A stretch of 64,000 bases of DNA from Candidatus Cloacimonadota bacterium (GCA_049903315.1 JBNGBT010000004.1:160001-224000); one strand, 5' to 3'; shown: positions 49,803 through 59,679, numbered from the stretch's first letter. The notes: generated from the letters alone by a model not told the origin. A program made the numbers and translations.

Positions 49803-50927
49803 ATGAAAAAATTTATCATTGTTATTATTTCAATCCTCTTCTGTGTAACTTCCTTAAGCTATGCACAGAATATTAACTGGAATCTGACCGGTGCCGGTGC
49901 CCGAGCTGCAGGTTTTGGCGGAGCATTTATCGGTGTGGCAGATGATGCAACAGCAATCAGCTGGAATCCTGCAGGTCTTACCCAGCTCATCGATCCGGAA
50001 TTCTCAGCCGTGATGCGTTATATTAATGACAGCTATGATTTTGTGAGAATGGGTTCGGGAAACACTCTTGGCATCGGGCATGTTGTACCGAACTTTATGA
50101 GTGCAGTCTATCCTTTCAACTTTGGAAGTCGAAGCATCGTAGCAGGTATTGCATATCAGCAAATGCTTGATTTCTATTCAGAAGGGGAAGATTATTATGG
50201 TGACGATTATAAAACAACCGGTGGGGTGTACACAATGAGTTTGGGGCTTGGTGCGCAAATAATACCGGTTTTTTCAGTCGGTGTCACTTCTAATGTGTGG
50301 ACAGGAAATTATAAATATGAATTGATAAGCAAAGATGACAACGCTGAACACTTCTCTGGTTTCAATTTTAATCTTGGTGCAATGATCAATCTTGAAAACT
50401 TAAATTCTCCGCTTCCGGTAAAATTCGGTTTTGGTTTTAAATCTCCATTTGATCTTAATAGCGATTTTGATTATACAGTTGAGATGCCCACCATGCTTGG
50501 ATTTGGAGGTTCGGTACGTCTTGGTGATAATTTGACCGTTGCTTGTGATTATGAAACAAGAGCTTACGGTTCAAGCAAGATCGTGTATGATGGCGGTGGA
50601 GAAACTCCTTTGTCTGATTATGATCTGAATCAGCTAAGATTTGGCGCAGAGTATTTGCTTGTGACAGATTTTGCTGTCATTCCTGTTCGGGCTGGATTCC
50701 ATACACTTCCAACGACATATTCAAATTTTGATGATTATGGTGATCCGGTTGATCAGGTTGTTGGCTCAGGATTTGCATTTGGCACAGGATTGATCTTTGA
50801 AAAGATAGCTATAGATGCTACCGTAACAATGGATTCCTTTAAACAAAATATTGCCGAAACAGAAGGAAATTACACTAAACTTTCAACTACGACTTTCACT
50901 CTTTCAGGAATTCTCTATTTGAACTAA
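49803..50927 (+). CDS. Outer-membrane beta-barrel, FadL/OmpP1/PorV-like
   Basis: GARAAGFGGAFIGVADDATAISWNPAGL plug motif. Confidence 0.85.
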   Translation: MKKFIIVIISILFCVTSLSYAQNINWNLTGAGARAAGFGGAFIGVADDATAISWNPAGLTQLIDPEFSAVMRYINDSYDFVRMGSGNTLGIGHVVPNFMSAVYPFNFGSRSIVAGIAYQQMLDFYSEGEDYYGDDYKTTGGVYTMSLGLGAQIIPVFSVGVTSNVWTGNYKYELISKDDNAEHFSGFNFNLGAMINLENLNSPLPVKFGFGFKSPFDLNSDFDYTVEMPTMLGFGGSVRLGDNLTVACDYETRAYGSSKIVYDGGGETPLSDYDLNQLRFGAEYLLVTDFAVIPVRAGFHTLPTTYSNFDDYGDPVDQVVGSGFAFGTGLIFEKIAIDATVTMDSFKQNIAETEGNYTKLSTTTFTLSGILYLN

Positions 50928-50946
50928 ACAATATTAAACATGATTC

Positions 50947-50976
50947 AGGGCTTCTGCGTGTCAGGAGCCCTTTTTT
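50947..50976 (+). terminator. Intrinsic terminator
   Basis: AGGGCTTCTG-CGTGT-CAGGAGCCCT-TTTTT. Confidence 0.8.
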
Positions 50977-51140
50977 AATTGCCATTGATATTGAAGGCGA
51001 CAATGGCCATTATCGCCTTCTGTATTTGTATATTTTTTTCAATTAAATCTGTACGAACGTGTCCCTCGGCTGGCGGATCGTGAGTTATTTTTTTAACCGT
51101 TACGAAGGTTTCCTTCATCAACCGTTCGCAAGATTTTAGA

Positions 51141-51800
51141 TTATCTGTGTTTTTCTACTCCTCTTTTGGGACAAAAATTCTCGATCGGGCATGTCGAGCA
51201 GAGAGGAGAGATCGGTTTGCAGAGATGCTGACCAAAGGACACAAGATAGTCATTATAAATTTTCCAATATTCTTTTGGTAATTTCTCCCGAAGTGCAAAC
51301 TCGGTCTGCTCGGGCGTTTTTGTTTGCACATAATCCCATCTATTGGAAATCCGGCGCACATGAGTATCCACACAAATGCCGTATTTATCATATCCAAGTA
51401 CAATTACAAGATTTGCTGTTTTACGACCGACTCCGGGGAGTGCAAGCAGATCATCAAGATTATTCGGCACTTTTCCATCATACTTATCGAGTAATATTTT
51501 GCATACCTGAAGAATGTGTTCCGCTTTTCTGTGATAAAAACCAACAGGAAAAATGAGCTTTTCTATCTGCACATTGCTGAGTTTAAGCATCTCATCCGGA
51601 GTTGAAGCCACATTAAATAATCGGTATGATGCTTCTGCAGTGACTTCGTCTTTTGTGCGTAGACTAAGAATTGTGCTGATCAAAATGAGAAAGGGATTTC
51701 TCTGTTTCTCAGAAATTTTTGTGACAATTGGTTTGCGGTTTTTATTGTATTCAGTTTCTATCAGCGAGAGGATCTCGCCAATATTGGAATTATCAATCAT
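51141..51800 (-). CDS. nth: Endonuclease III
   Basis: LPGVGRKTAN, VDTHV, C-terminal CKPISPLCSTCPIENFC [4Fe-4S] motif. Confidence 0.95.
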   Translation of the reverse strand: MIDNSNIGEILSLIETEYNKNRKPIVTKISEKQRNPFLILISTILSLRTKDEVTAEASYRLFNVASTPDEMLKLSNVQIEKLIFPVGFYHRKAEHILQVCKILLDKYDGKVPNNLDDLLALPGVGRKTANLVIVLGYDKYGICVDTHVRRISNRWDYVQTKTPEQTEFALREKLPKEYWKIYNDYLVSFGQHLCKPISPLCSTCPIENFCPKRGVEKHR

Positions 51801-51808
51801 AGAGAGGA

Positions 51809-53431
51809 TTAATCGGGCTTCTGTTCGATAATATAGCCGTCGATCGCCTTGATCATGTCTGCGAGTTTCGGGGATTTTTTCTTGATTTCCTCGTATGATG
51901 CGCCGTGCATATACTTTTTCCCTGTCTTCGGCTCTTCAAACTCGAATACAACCTTAACCGGTGTGTGGAAATGCTCGGAAAAAATCGTTGCGATCTTATC
52001 AATATCTTCATTCAGCATCTGGTATGTAATTCTGGAATTGGTCGAGTAATGAATAAAATTGTTGGAAATATTTTTTATTGTTGTTTTGGAAAAATGATTT
52101 GAAATAATTGGCATTTCGTCCTGTAATTTCTTTCTCAGTGCTTGCCACTCACTTTGTATGATATCCTCTGTAAGATTTATTTCCGGATCAGTTTTTTCAG
52201 ATTTGATCTCTTCTGTTTTTTCAGGACGTTTATTTTTTTTAACTGATCTTTTCTCAAACAAAACTTTTTCAGAGGGTTTTTTTTCTTTCTGTGTACGTGG
52301 AGTAAAAGAGGGCATTTGTTTGTGCTGACCCATATCTTCAACCTGAACTAACCGGCTGATATTAGCCAATTTAAGCAAACTTGTTTCGAGAAGAAGCACA
52401 GGATGTGAACAGGTGCGCAACTTGTCTTTTGTGTCCACGAGCAAAGTAATGACGTACAGGAGATCTTCTTCGGAAAAATATTCGCTGATAGGGGAGAGAG
52501 CATCGATTTCATCCGAGTGCACTTCCTCTGGAATGATGCCGATTTTTATCATAAGGATATTTCTGAAATATTCGATCATGCCGAGGGTGAGTTCATTTAT
52601 GTCATTGCCTTCTGCCACGACATTATGAAAATTTTCGATCAGACCCTTTTCGTCATCTCCAATGATCTTCTGCACTAGCGAATGATATACATCGACATTC
52701 ACAATCCCGAACACCTGGAGTACATCTTCCTTCGTGATCTTGTCCTTACCAATAGATACGATCTGGTCCATCAAACTCAATGCATCACGCAGGCTTCCAT
52801 CTGCTTTTTTTGCCACAAGAAAGATCGCAGCGTCATTAAAAGTAATATGTTCTTTTGGGGTAATAGTATGTATCTGCTCGATGATCTGTTTGATGGGTAT
52901 TCGATGGAAATCATAACGCTGGCATCGTGAAGTGATCGTTGCCAGAACTTTATGAGGTTCAGTTGTTGCAAAGATGAATTTCACGTTTTTAGGTGGTTCT
53001 TCGAGGGTCTTCAGGAGTGCATTGAATGCATTTTTAGAAAGCATGTGCACTTCATCGATGATGTATATCTTATATTTTGAACTTTGCGGAGGGTATAAGA
53101 GCTCGTTTTGCAGACCGCGAATATCTTCTACGCTTGTGTTTGATGCACCATCGATCTCGATCACATCAACCGAGTTCGAGCGTGTGATCTCCACGCAGTT
53201 CTTGCATTCGTTGCAAGGAGTATCTGTGGGTCCCTTTTCGCAGTTAAGTGCTTTAGCCAGGATGCGTGCCATCGAGGTTTTTCCCACACCACGCGGTCCG
53301 GTAAAAAGGAATGCCTGCGCAATATGATCGGTCTTGATCGCATTTTTCAGCGTGCGGGTAATATGCTCTTGAGCAATGACCTCATCAAAGGTCTGGGGTC
53401 GGTATTTTCGTGCGAGTACTATGTATGCCAT
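51809..53431 (-). CDS. dnaX: DNA polymerase III subunit gamma/tau
   Basis: [44 protein letters not shown]. Confidence 0.97.
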   Translation of the reverse strand: MAYIVLARKYRPQTFDEVIAQEHITRTLKNAIKTDHIAQAFLFTGPRGVGKTSMARILAKALNCEKGPTDTPCNECKNCVEITRSNSVDVIEIDGASNTSVEDIRGLQNELLYPPQSSKYKIYIIDEVHMLSKNAFNALLKTLEEPPKNVKFIFATTEPHKVLATITSRCQRYDFHRIPIKQIIEQIHTITPKEHITFNDAAIFLVAKKADGSLRDALSLMDQIVSIGKDKITKEDVLQVFGIVNVDVYHSLVQKIIGDDEKGLIENFHNVVAEGNDINELTLGMIEYFRNILMIKIGIIPEEVHSDEIDALSPISEYFSEEDLLYVITLLVDTKDKLRTCSHPVLLLETSLLKLANISRLVQVEDMGQHKQMPSFTPRTQKEKKPSEKVLFEKRSVKKNKRPEKTEEIKSEKTDPEINLTEDIIQSEWQALRKKLQDEMPIISNHFSKTTIKNISNNFIHYSTNSRITYQMLNEDIDKIATIFSEHFHTPVKVVFEFEEPKTGKKYMHGASYEEIKKKSPKLADMIKAIDGYIIEQKPD

Positions 53432-53492
53432 GGTGTAATTGTAGATTTATAATTTTGCTGTCAAATTTTATGAATTTATCTTGGGAACAAAC

Positions 53493-53524
<32 letters not shown>

Positions 53525-53581
53525 AGAACGTATAGAAATGTAGCACAAGATTCCGATCTTATGTAAGTAAAAGAGATAGTC

Positions 53582-53771
53582 GTTCATTTTCTCCTTGATG
53601 AGAAAACGAACCAAATGAATCACACGCTGATCAAGAAAACACTAAAATTTCATTCATTCAGCTAAAAGAAAAGAACTTATTCTTCCGACACTTCGGAAGA
53701 ATTCAAACAGCTTTCCTTTTTTAACACCTCATTCACAAAATTTCTTAACGTGTTTTCTTAATAGGCGGGAA
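53582..53771. repeat. 190-bp non-coding repeat B, copy 1 (MITE/REP-like)
   Basis: GTTCATTTTCTCCTTGATGAGAAAACGAACC...TTCTTCCGACACTTCGGAAGAA...TAGGCGGGAA; direct copy at 54052-54241. Confidence 0.9.
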
Positions 53772-54051
53772 TGGATAAGAAAAAATCAAATCCTCTCTAA
53801 ATAAGGGGAGTACGCCAACTGGCGGATACATCATCGCAGGTAAAGCCCAAAGAGATAGTTGCATAATTTAATAATGAAAATTCTAAAGAAGTAAAAATAC
53901 TCATGAATTTTAATCAATCGAAATTGAGAAATTATTGAAAAAGTAACGCATGATTCCAATCTTGCGCGATTCATAACTGAACTGAACACATTAATTATAA
54001 CGATGAGTCGGGTAAATAGTTGGAATTGAAATATAACTGAAAGATAATTAT

Positions 54052-54241
54052 GTTCATTTTCTCCTTGATGAGAAAACGAACCAAAAGAATCACCCGCTGA
54101 TCAAGAAAACACTAAAATTTCATTCATTCAGCTAAAAGAAAAGAACTTGTTCTTCCGACACTTCGGAAGAACTCAGACAGCTTTTCTTTTTAAACGCTTC
54201 ATTCACAAAATTTCTTAACGTATTTTCTTAATAGGCGGGAA
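54052..54241. repeat. 190-bp non-coding repeat B, copy 2
   Basis: Same length as copy 1 and highly similar, with scattered substitutions. Confidence 0.9.
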
Positions 54242-54359
54242 AGCAAATACCTGATCCTGACTGTATGATCTAAATTTTATTATGAGTTAAATATGTCGCT
54301 TAACGAATTTCTTGTATATTTGTTGAGGTTGTGGGACAACCCCGCGATTTTATTTCTTA

Positions 54360-54919
54360 TTATTTATACAAATTTTTCATTCGCTGCAGAAGTTCATCAT
54401 TTTCAAGTAAGGCAACAGAATTTGTAATCTGATTTACTGATCCGATTTCAGATTTTATGTGCAGAATGGCTTTGTTCTTTATCTGTTTTTTTTATATGTC
54501 TTGCAAAAATTCCACCATTAATAACGAGATATGGTCTATCATAAAATTCAGTGACTTTAACTTTAAGGGGCTTGGTAATTTTTAAATTATTGTGCATGTG
54601 TGCAATACTTTCATATGCTTTCGAGAGATATTTTTCTCTTTCTTTCCAATTTTCAGAAGAGATAATTTTGTGGAAAAGAGGAGTGAGTTCTTTTGCTGAT
54701 CTTAATTGTGCCAAAGCAGTTCCAAACCATTTGCTGTAAGGCACATATTCTTTTTCCATTAAAAAGCAAAGTCTCATGAGTGACTGGACTAATCGAGCAG
54801 CAATAATGCGAGAACCTAACTCATCCTCCGCATCTCCGCATCTGCCGACAAAAGGTTCCTCTTCAGCAATGTTAGTCCATTCCGATGCAAGAAGGTAAAG
54901 CCAAATATCATGAGGATAA
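54360..54919 (-). pseudogene. 5'-truncated, frameshifted DUF4037-family gene fused to the last attC-like site
   Basis: YPHDIWLYLLASEW...EEPFVGRCGDAEDELGSR...YVPYSKWFGTA; an extra A in the A8 run (54486-54493) hides the natural end IGSVNQITNSVALLENDELLQRMKNLYK*. Confidence 0.8.
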
Positions 54920-55039
54920 TGTTTTGCGCATACGGCGGAATCAGCAGGATTCCGTCGTAAAACGAACAGCCAAACACCTGAGCCGGAAGGTTCAGGCAAA
55001 AAGCACTGACCAAACCAACTGACGACACGGCTGTTACAC
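54914..55039 (-). repeat. attC-like site 6 (distal)
   Basis: + strand GGATAAT-GTTTTGCGCATACGGC...CCTGAGCC-GGAA-GGTTCAGG...GACGACACGGCT-GTTACAC. Confidence 0.88.
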
Positions 55040-55162
55040 GAATTTTTAGTTATTAATCTCGAAAGAATTAGAAAAAAGCTAACCCTGGTAGCTGACTGGG
55101 ACAATGCCCCAGCCAACGACAGCACCTCGCTCTCCAAATAAATGGAGATCCAGGGAGTTGCT

Positions 55163-55981
55163 TTATTTTCTACGAATTTCATCTATTTGTTTTTTTGCGC
55201 AATGTTTTTTTTTCATCGAAAGACCATCACATATTTCAAAATTATCATTTCGCCATTCAATTTGATTGAAATTTGAAGTTCCTGGCACTTCTGAACCAAG
55301 GAAATACCTTTTATTATTATGAATAATGCCAAAATTTATCGAAGCAGAATCCGGTTTTCTATATAAACCAATTAGTTGTGGAGAACCTCCACAGTTTTTA
55401 TCTCTTATATTAAATAAAGTATCACAAAAACAATGAAAGACATTTCTACTGGTGCTTTTATTTACACCCTGTTGATATCTTTTGTAGTTCTCAATAAATT
55501 CTTGTCTACCAGAACCGAGAACAAATAGTAAATCTGATTGCATAGGCAAATTCATTGTTTCTCTTTTAGAAGTAATTGAGTTTGACCAAGTCATTTTATA
55601 ACATTTGAAATTAGGATAATTATTAACAATTGTGTCTCTGGTAATGTGCATTATGTTTACGATGTTACTTACCAATTTCGGATATTTTGAAAAAGAATGT
55701 GATATTTTTTCGAATACAAGTTTGTTTTTTTTATCACAATTTAGGGTTTTTGTAAAAAGAATATTGGAATCTATCATCTCGATTATTTGAGATAATACTA
55801 TTGATGGAAATAACACATCGCCAGAATAAGCTAATATTTCAGGATATTCTTTTGAGGAAAAAACTTTTTTACCATAATCAAATTTGGTTGTACTATTCCA
55901 TGTAAACCGGCTATCGCCAGCAATATATGCTGACGTTGGTCCGTGTGTGTCAACGCCTAACCAAGAAACGATTAAGGTCAC
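55163..55981 (-). CDS. Cassette 6: putative Ntn-hydrolase (proteasome-beta/HslV-like) protein
   Basis: GTG at 55981 after GGAG gives M-T-L-I-V...AGDSR: Thr2 and a DSR motif, later GSG and GGSPQ. Confidence 0.6.
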   Translation of the reverse strand: MTLIVSWLGVDTHGPTSAYIAGDSRFTWNSTTKFDYGKKVFSSKEYPEILAYSGDVLFPSIVLSQIIEMIDSNILFTKTLNCDKKNKLVFEKISHSFSKYPKLVSNIVNIMHITRDTIVNNYPNFKCYKMTWSNSITSKRETMNLPMQSDLLFVLGSGRQEFIENYKRYQQGVNKSTSRNVFHCFCDTLFNIRDKNCGGSPQLIGLYRKPDSASINFGIIHNNKRYFLGSEVPGTSNFNQIEWRNDNFEICDGLSMKKKHCAKKQIDEIRRK

Positions 55982-56009
55982 TTTTATCTCCAACTAATTA
56001 CAAAATTTC

Positions 56010-56133
56010 GTGTAATGTTTTGCGTGTGCGGCGGAATCAGAATGATTCAGCCGAGACAAACAGCCCAAACCCTGAACCGGAAGGTTCAGGACAGAAGCAC
56101 TGACCAGCCCTACAGCCGACACGCTTGTTAAGT
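56010..56133 (-). repeat. attC-like site 5
   Basis: GTGTAAT-GTTTTGCGTGTGCGGC...CCTGAACC-GGAA-GGTTCAGG...GCCGACACGCTT-GTTAAGT. Confidence 0.9.
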
Positions 56134-56136
56134 GCA

Positions 56137-57168
56137 TCAATCCAAAACATCTCTTCCACTTGTATAAGTAACTTCAATTGTTTCATTGAAAACTAATTTT
56201 TGGCTATCACTTGTAAATGATCTTGCAGAAGAAGCCGGAGTTTCAGATAATAATGTTATTTGATCAGTTACCATATCCCAAACCATGAATTTAGAGAACT
56301 CATCTATATAGGCAAGTTTATTTCCGTCAGGAGAGATTTTAGGAAAGGTTCCTGAGAATAAATGTGAAACGGAATAGTTAGATGTATTGAGTAGATAAAT
56401 TTCATCATCGTCCTCAAAAACAACTTTTGATCTATCTTCGCACATTGATAATTGTATTAAAAATCCTTCATAAATGTATTGATTATTAGTACCATCAGTA
56501 TTAATTACATAGATACCTGGTTCAGAGAAGTATTTGCCATTTACATAGATAAGAGTGTTTTCATCAATCCAATCAACAGATGAATATGAGTTTTCCGATG
56601 AAAATTCAGAATCAACTACTACATCGATGTAACCGTCTAAATTGCGAAATTTAAGTGACCAAAGAACACTGTCTGGTAGCTCAAAATAATGTTTCTGAAT
56701 ATATGCAAAATATTCATAATTTGGTGATGGTTTTACATAACCTTCTACGATAGAATCAGTATTTGTTAGAACCTCAACAGTTCCAGATTCAATCGAACCT
56801 AAATAAATGTCACAATCAATTGAAGTTGGACCCCAGAAGATTATTTTGTTTAAATTTGGGAACAACTCAAAATCACTAATATCGTAATTGGTTGTATCAG
56901 TTGGTAGGATAGTATTTATACTTAAAGTGTTTAAATCGAGTGAAACAATTTGATCATAAGGGTAACTAATCTTAGTTTTATGTAGGATTTTTGAGTTATT
57001 ATCATAAAAAATAGAATGTCCTGCACTATAATCTGTGAGTTGAATTTTGTTTGTACCATCGCAATTAATCATTGTTAGATAGTCATAATAGTAAGTTTCA
57101 GTTATTGGTTCACAACCAATTATAAATAGAACTAATACAACCGAAATGCTATAAGCTAAATATTTCAT
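56137..57168 (-). CDS. Cassette 5: TolB-like/PD40 beta-propeller lipoprotein
   Basis: Lipobox IIGC; repeats such as PKISPDGNKLAY, FTSDSQKLVF and IYVINTDGTN; stop codon lies inside the cassette inverted repeat. Confidence 0.75.
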   Translation of the reverse strand: MKYLAYSISVVLVLFIIGCEPITETYYYDYLTMINCDGTNKIQLTDYSAGHSIFYDNNSKILHKTKISYPYDQIVSLDLNTLSINTILPTDTTNYDISDFELFPNLNKIIFWGPTSIDCDIYLGSIESGTVEVLTNTDSIVEGYVKPSPNYEYFAYIQKHYFELPDSVLWSLKFRNLDGYIDVVVDSEFSSENSYSSVDWIDENTLIYVNGKYFSEPGIYVINTDGTNNQYIYEGFLIQLSMCEDRSKVVFEDDDEIYLLNTSNYSVSHLFSGTFPKISPDGNKLAYIDEFSKFMVWDMVTDQITLLSETPASSARSFTSDSQKLVFNETIEVTYTSGRDVLD

Positions 57169-57193
57169 TCCTTTTACTCCATACTTTTGATGC

Positions 57194-57317
57194 ACTTAAT
57201 GTCTTGCGTATGCGGCGGGATCAGAATGATCACGCCAAAACAACCAAGCAAACACCTGAGCCGGAAGGCTCAGGACAAAAGAACCGAAAAGCCCAACAGC
57301 CGATACGCCTGTTACAG
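57194..57317 (-). repeat. attC-like site 4
   Basis: ACTTAAT-GTCTTGCGTATGCGGC...CCTGAGCC-GGAA-GGCTCAGG...GCCGATACGCCT-GTTACAG. Confidence 0.9.
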
Positions 57318-57353
57318 GCAGTTTAAGATGAAATATTCTACACATAATTTAAA

Positions 57354-57866
57354 TCACCAGATATATTTGCATCTTACAAGGTATTTTACACCTTCATCAG
57401 TAACTGTATATGATTTTCGTCTTTTCTTATTAATAAATCCATCTAAATATCCATTATCTTTTAAATATCCAAATGCAATTAGTGTTTTAAGATATGCAGT
57501 TATTGTTGATTCTTTGAAACCTACCGCTTCGGCATATTTATCTTTAAAAAAACAAGGTGCTTCGTTCGTTAACAAAACAAATAAAAGTCTTCTTAGGTGT
57601 TTTTTATTTGGTAGTTTTAATTTACGATTTTTATATAAGCAAATAGAGGTGTAGACAAGTGATAGAATTACAAAACACATTAATATTATTGATAATCTCA
57701 ACATTGGTAGTGATATTTTACTGTGTAACGATAACTGCTGTAATAATTTTGAGAAAAATGGGAAAAATTGAAGACCTGAAGGAGATAAAATTGGGATTAC
57801 TATTTGTAGGATTGATACAATATCTCTCCATGTTAATTTGTTGTTATTTTTATCTTTTTCACTCAC
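57354..57866 (-). CDS. Cassette 4: membrane protein with C-terminal winged-helix-like domain
   Basis: Two hydrophobic segments, then YAEAVGFKESTITAYLKTLIAFGYL...YTVTDEGVKYL. Confidence 0.65.
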   Translation of the reverse strand: MSEKDKNNNKLTWRDIVSILQIVIPILSPSGLQFFPFFSKLLQQLSLHSKISLPMLRLSIILMCFVILSLVYTSICLYKNRKLKLPNKKHLRRLLFVLLTNEAPCFFKDKYAEAVGFKESTITAYLKTLIAFGYLKDNGYLDGFINKKRRKSYTVTDEGVKYLVRCKYIW

Positions 57867-57908
57867 TTCATCCTCTCAATTAAAACAATAAAAAAATACA
57901 GCAACTGC

Positions 57909-58034
57909 CTGTAATGTTTGGCGTGTGCGGCGGAATCAGAAGGATTCCGTCGTAAAACAAACAACCCAAACCCTGAACCGAAAGGTTCAGGCAAAACACA
58001 CCACGAAACCGAACAGCCGACACGCTTGTTAAAC
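57909..58034 (-). repeat. attC-like site 3
   Basis: CTGTAAT-GTTTGGCGTGTGCGGC...CCTGAACC-GAAA-GGTTCAGG...GCCGACACGCTT-GTTAAAC. Confidence 0.9.
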
Positions 58035-58061
58035 GCATATATCATAAAATTTCACCGAAAC

Positions 58062-58712
58062 TCAATTACGAAAATAATCTGAATCAGCCAAGATTATTTG
58101 CTTATTCGTATGAAAAATTCCTGTAACATTTGTATATATTTTTGAAATTACTGGTGGAGGATAATTTGTTTTAATTAAAAAAACAACCCAACCATTATTC
58201 TCACTAATTTGATTTCCTCTCCAGTTAAACTTTTTCCCATTATCATATAATCCTTTTCCACCTGTAAAATTAGAACTTGATCTTCGATACTCATAATTTA
58301 TTGAATCAACAGGTTGTTCAAATATTAGAGTAAATTCAAAATTATTAATTGGTTTTTTAGTAATGTTTTTGAAACCAAGCTCATAATATTTATTTGTATT
58401 TTGGTAGGGTTGAGGATTTTTAATTTTTTGATAGAACAATTCATATTTGGGAATAGAAACATTGTCTTCAGAGTTTTCAAAATTGTAGTTAATTATTACA
58501 TCACTATTATCACCTTCCGTTGAAATTGCAGGTGAGAAAGAACCATCTGTAGTATTATGTATTTCCTTATACTCATCTTCTTTTGGATTAATAATGAATT
58601 TAGTTACCAGAGTTAATGCGAATGATATTATTGCTAAATAAGATACAAAGACAGTTATCTTTGTTGGAAAACTCCAAGCTTTCCATTGTTTTCTTGAAGG
58701 AATAAATTTCAT
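58062..58712 (-). CDS. Cassette 3: hypothetical protein with N-terminal TM anchor
   Basis: 216-aa ORF filling the cassette; one hydrophobic helix near the N-terminus. Confidence 0.75.
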   Translation of the reverse strand: MKFIPSRKQWKAWSFPTKITVFVSYLAIISFALTLVTKFIINPKEDEYKEIHNTTDGSFSPAISTEGDNSDVIINYNFENSEDNVSIPKYELFYQKIKNPQPYQNTNKYYELGFKNITKKPINNFEFTLIFEQPVDSINYEYRRSSSNFTGGKGLYDNGKKFNWRGNQISENNGWVVFLIKTNYPPPVISKIYTNVTGIFHTNKQIILADSDYFRN

Positions 58713-58746
58713 TTATCAACCCCACAAAACTCAATAATTAATATGC

Positions 58747-58871
58747 GTTTAATGTTTTGCGTGTGCGGTGTGATCGGAACGATCACGCCAACCCAAACAA
58801 ACCAGCCGTTTGAATCGTAAGATTCAAACAAAGAGCACTGACCAACCCGAACAACGACACGCCTGTTAGGC
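58747..58871 (-). repeat. attC-like site 2
   Basis: GTTTAAT-GTTTTGCGTGTGCGGT...GTTTGAATC-GTAA-GATTCAAAC...ACGACACGCCT-GTTAGGC. Confidence 0.9.
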
Positions 58872-58880
58872 ACATTTTAC

Positions 58881-59522
58881 TTATGTAGAAAAATCAAGTT
58901 CCTGAGATCTTGTATATGATTGTGCTCTGGGAATTGATATTGGTATATTCTGAATTATGGGATTATTTTTTTGAGGTTCATAAATTATTGATAAATCAGC
59001 ATTAACAGGTAACAAATTGGAACTAATTTCATGTGTTAAACCATAGTCTTTTGCTTCAGTCGGATTAAGTGTAGTTCGATTATTCATGTCCTCGAATATT
59101 TTATCGGTTGATTTTCCTGTATTGTCAGCTATAACTCTTGCAATATTTAATTGATCAATTTTTAATCCATTTAAGTGTTCTTCTATTTGCTTTTCGTCTA
59201 AGCTAACGTTACCATTGAAATTAAATCTTACTCCATGAAGAAGGAACCTTGAGTGGGGAACTGAAAAACGTTTTTCTCCAGCGCAATAAATTACAACACC
59301 AATTGAATCAACGCTACCAAAATTATACGTGTCAATTTTTATTGGAGCTCCTTTGAGATAGTTATAAATGGACAGACCATGAAAGACAGAACCTCCTGGA
59401 GAAGAAATCATTAAATGTAGTTTTTCAAATTTTTGAGCGATTTTTTGATCAATTATCCGTAATAGTTGATCACTTGTTTGCGGAATTACGGGAGCCATAA
59501 ATCTAATGTAACATTCTTTCAT
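58881..59522 (-). CDS. Cassette 2: ClpP-family serine peptidase
   Basis: ISSPGGSV, VDSIG (Ser), RFLLHG (His), EAKDYGL. Confidence 0.85.
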   Translation of the reverse strand: MKECYIRFMAPVIPQTSDQLLRIIDQKIAQKFEKLHLMISSPGGSVFHGLSIYNYLKGAPIKIDTYNFGSVDSIGVVIYCAGEKRFSVPHSRFLLHGVRFNFNGNVSLDEKQIEEHLNGLKIDQLNIARVIADNTGKSTDKIFEDMNNRTTLNPTEAKDYGLTHEISSNLLPVNADLSIIYEPQKNNPIIQNIPISIPRAQSYTRSQELDFST

Positions 59523-59553
59523 TTTACTTTACCTCCAATTTTTTTTTAAATGT

Positions 59554-59679
59554 GCCTAATGTTTGGCGTGTGCGACGGGATCGGAACGATCACGCCCAAA
59601 ACAAACCGACCAGCCGTTTGAATCGGAAGATTCAAACAAAGAGCACTGACCAACCCTACTGCCGACACGCTTGTTAGCT
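59554..59679 (-). repeat. attC-like site 1 (proximal)
   Basis: GCCTAAT-GTTTGGCGTGTGCGAC...GTTTGAATC-GGAA-GATTCAAAC...GCCGACACGCTT-GTTAGCT. Confidence 0.9.

Noticed and set aside
54448..55182. 244-aa ORF as a real gene
   Set aside because: Chimeric: the N-terminal part is read-through of a structured spacer and the attC-like repeat; only the part from YPHDIW is DUF4037, and its end is frameshifted.
57187..58045. ORFs 57187-57654 (+), 57659-57883 (+) and 57863-58045 (-)
   Set aside because: They are translations of repeat sequence or antisense shadows of cassette 4.
54914..59679. CRISPR array
   Set aside because: Repeats are ~125 bp and degenerate, the spacers are whole genes of 0.6-1.1 kb, and there are no cas genes.
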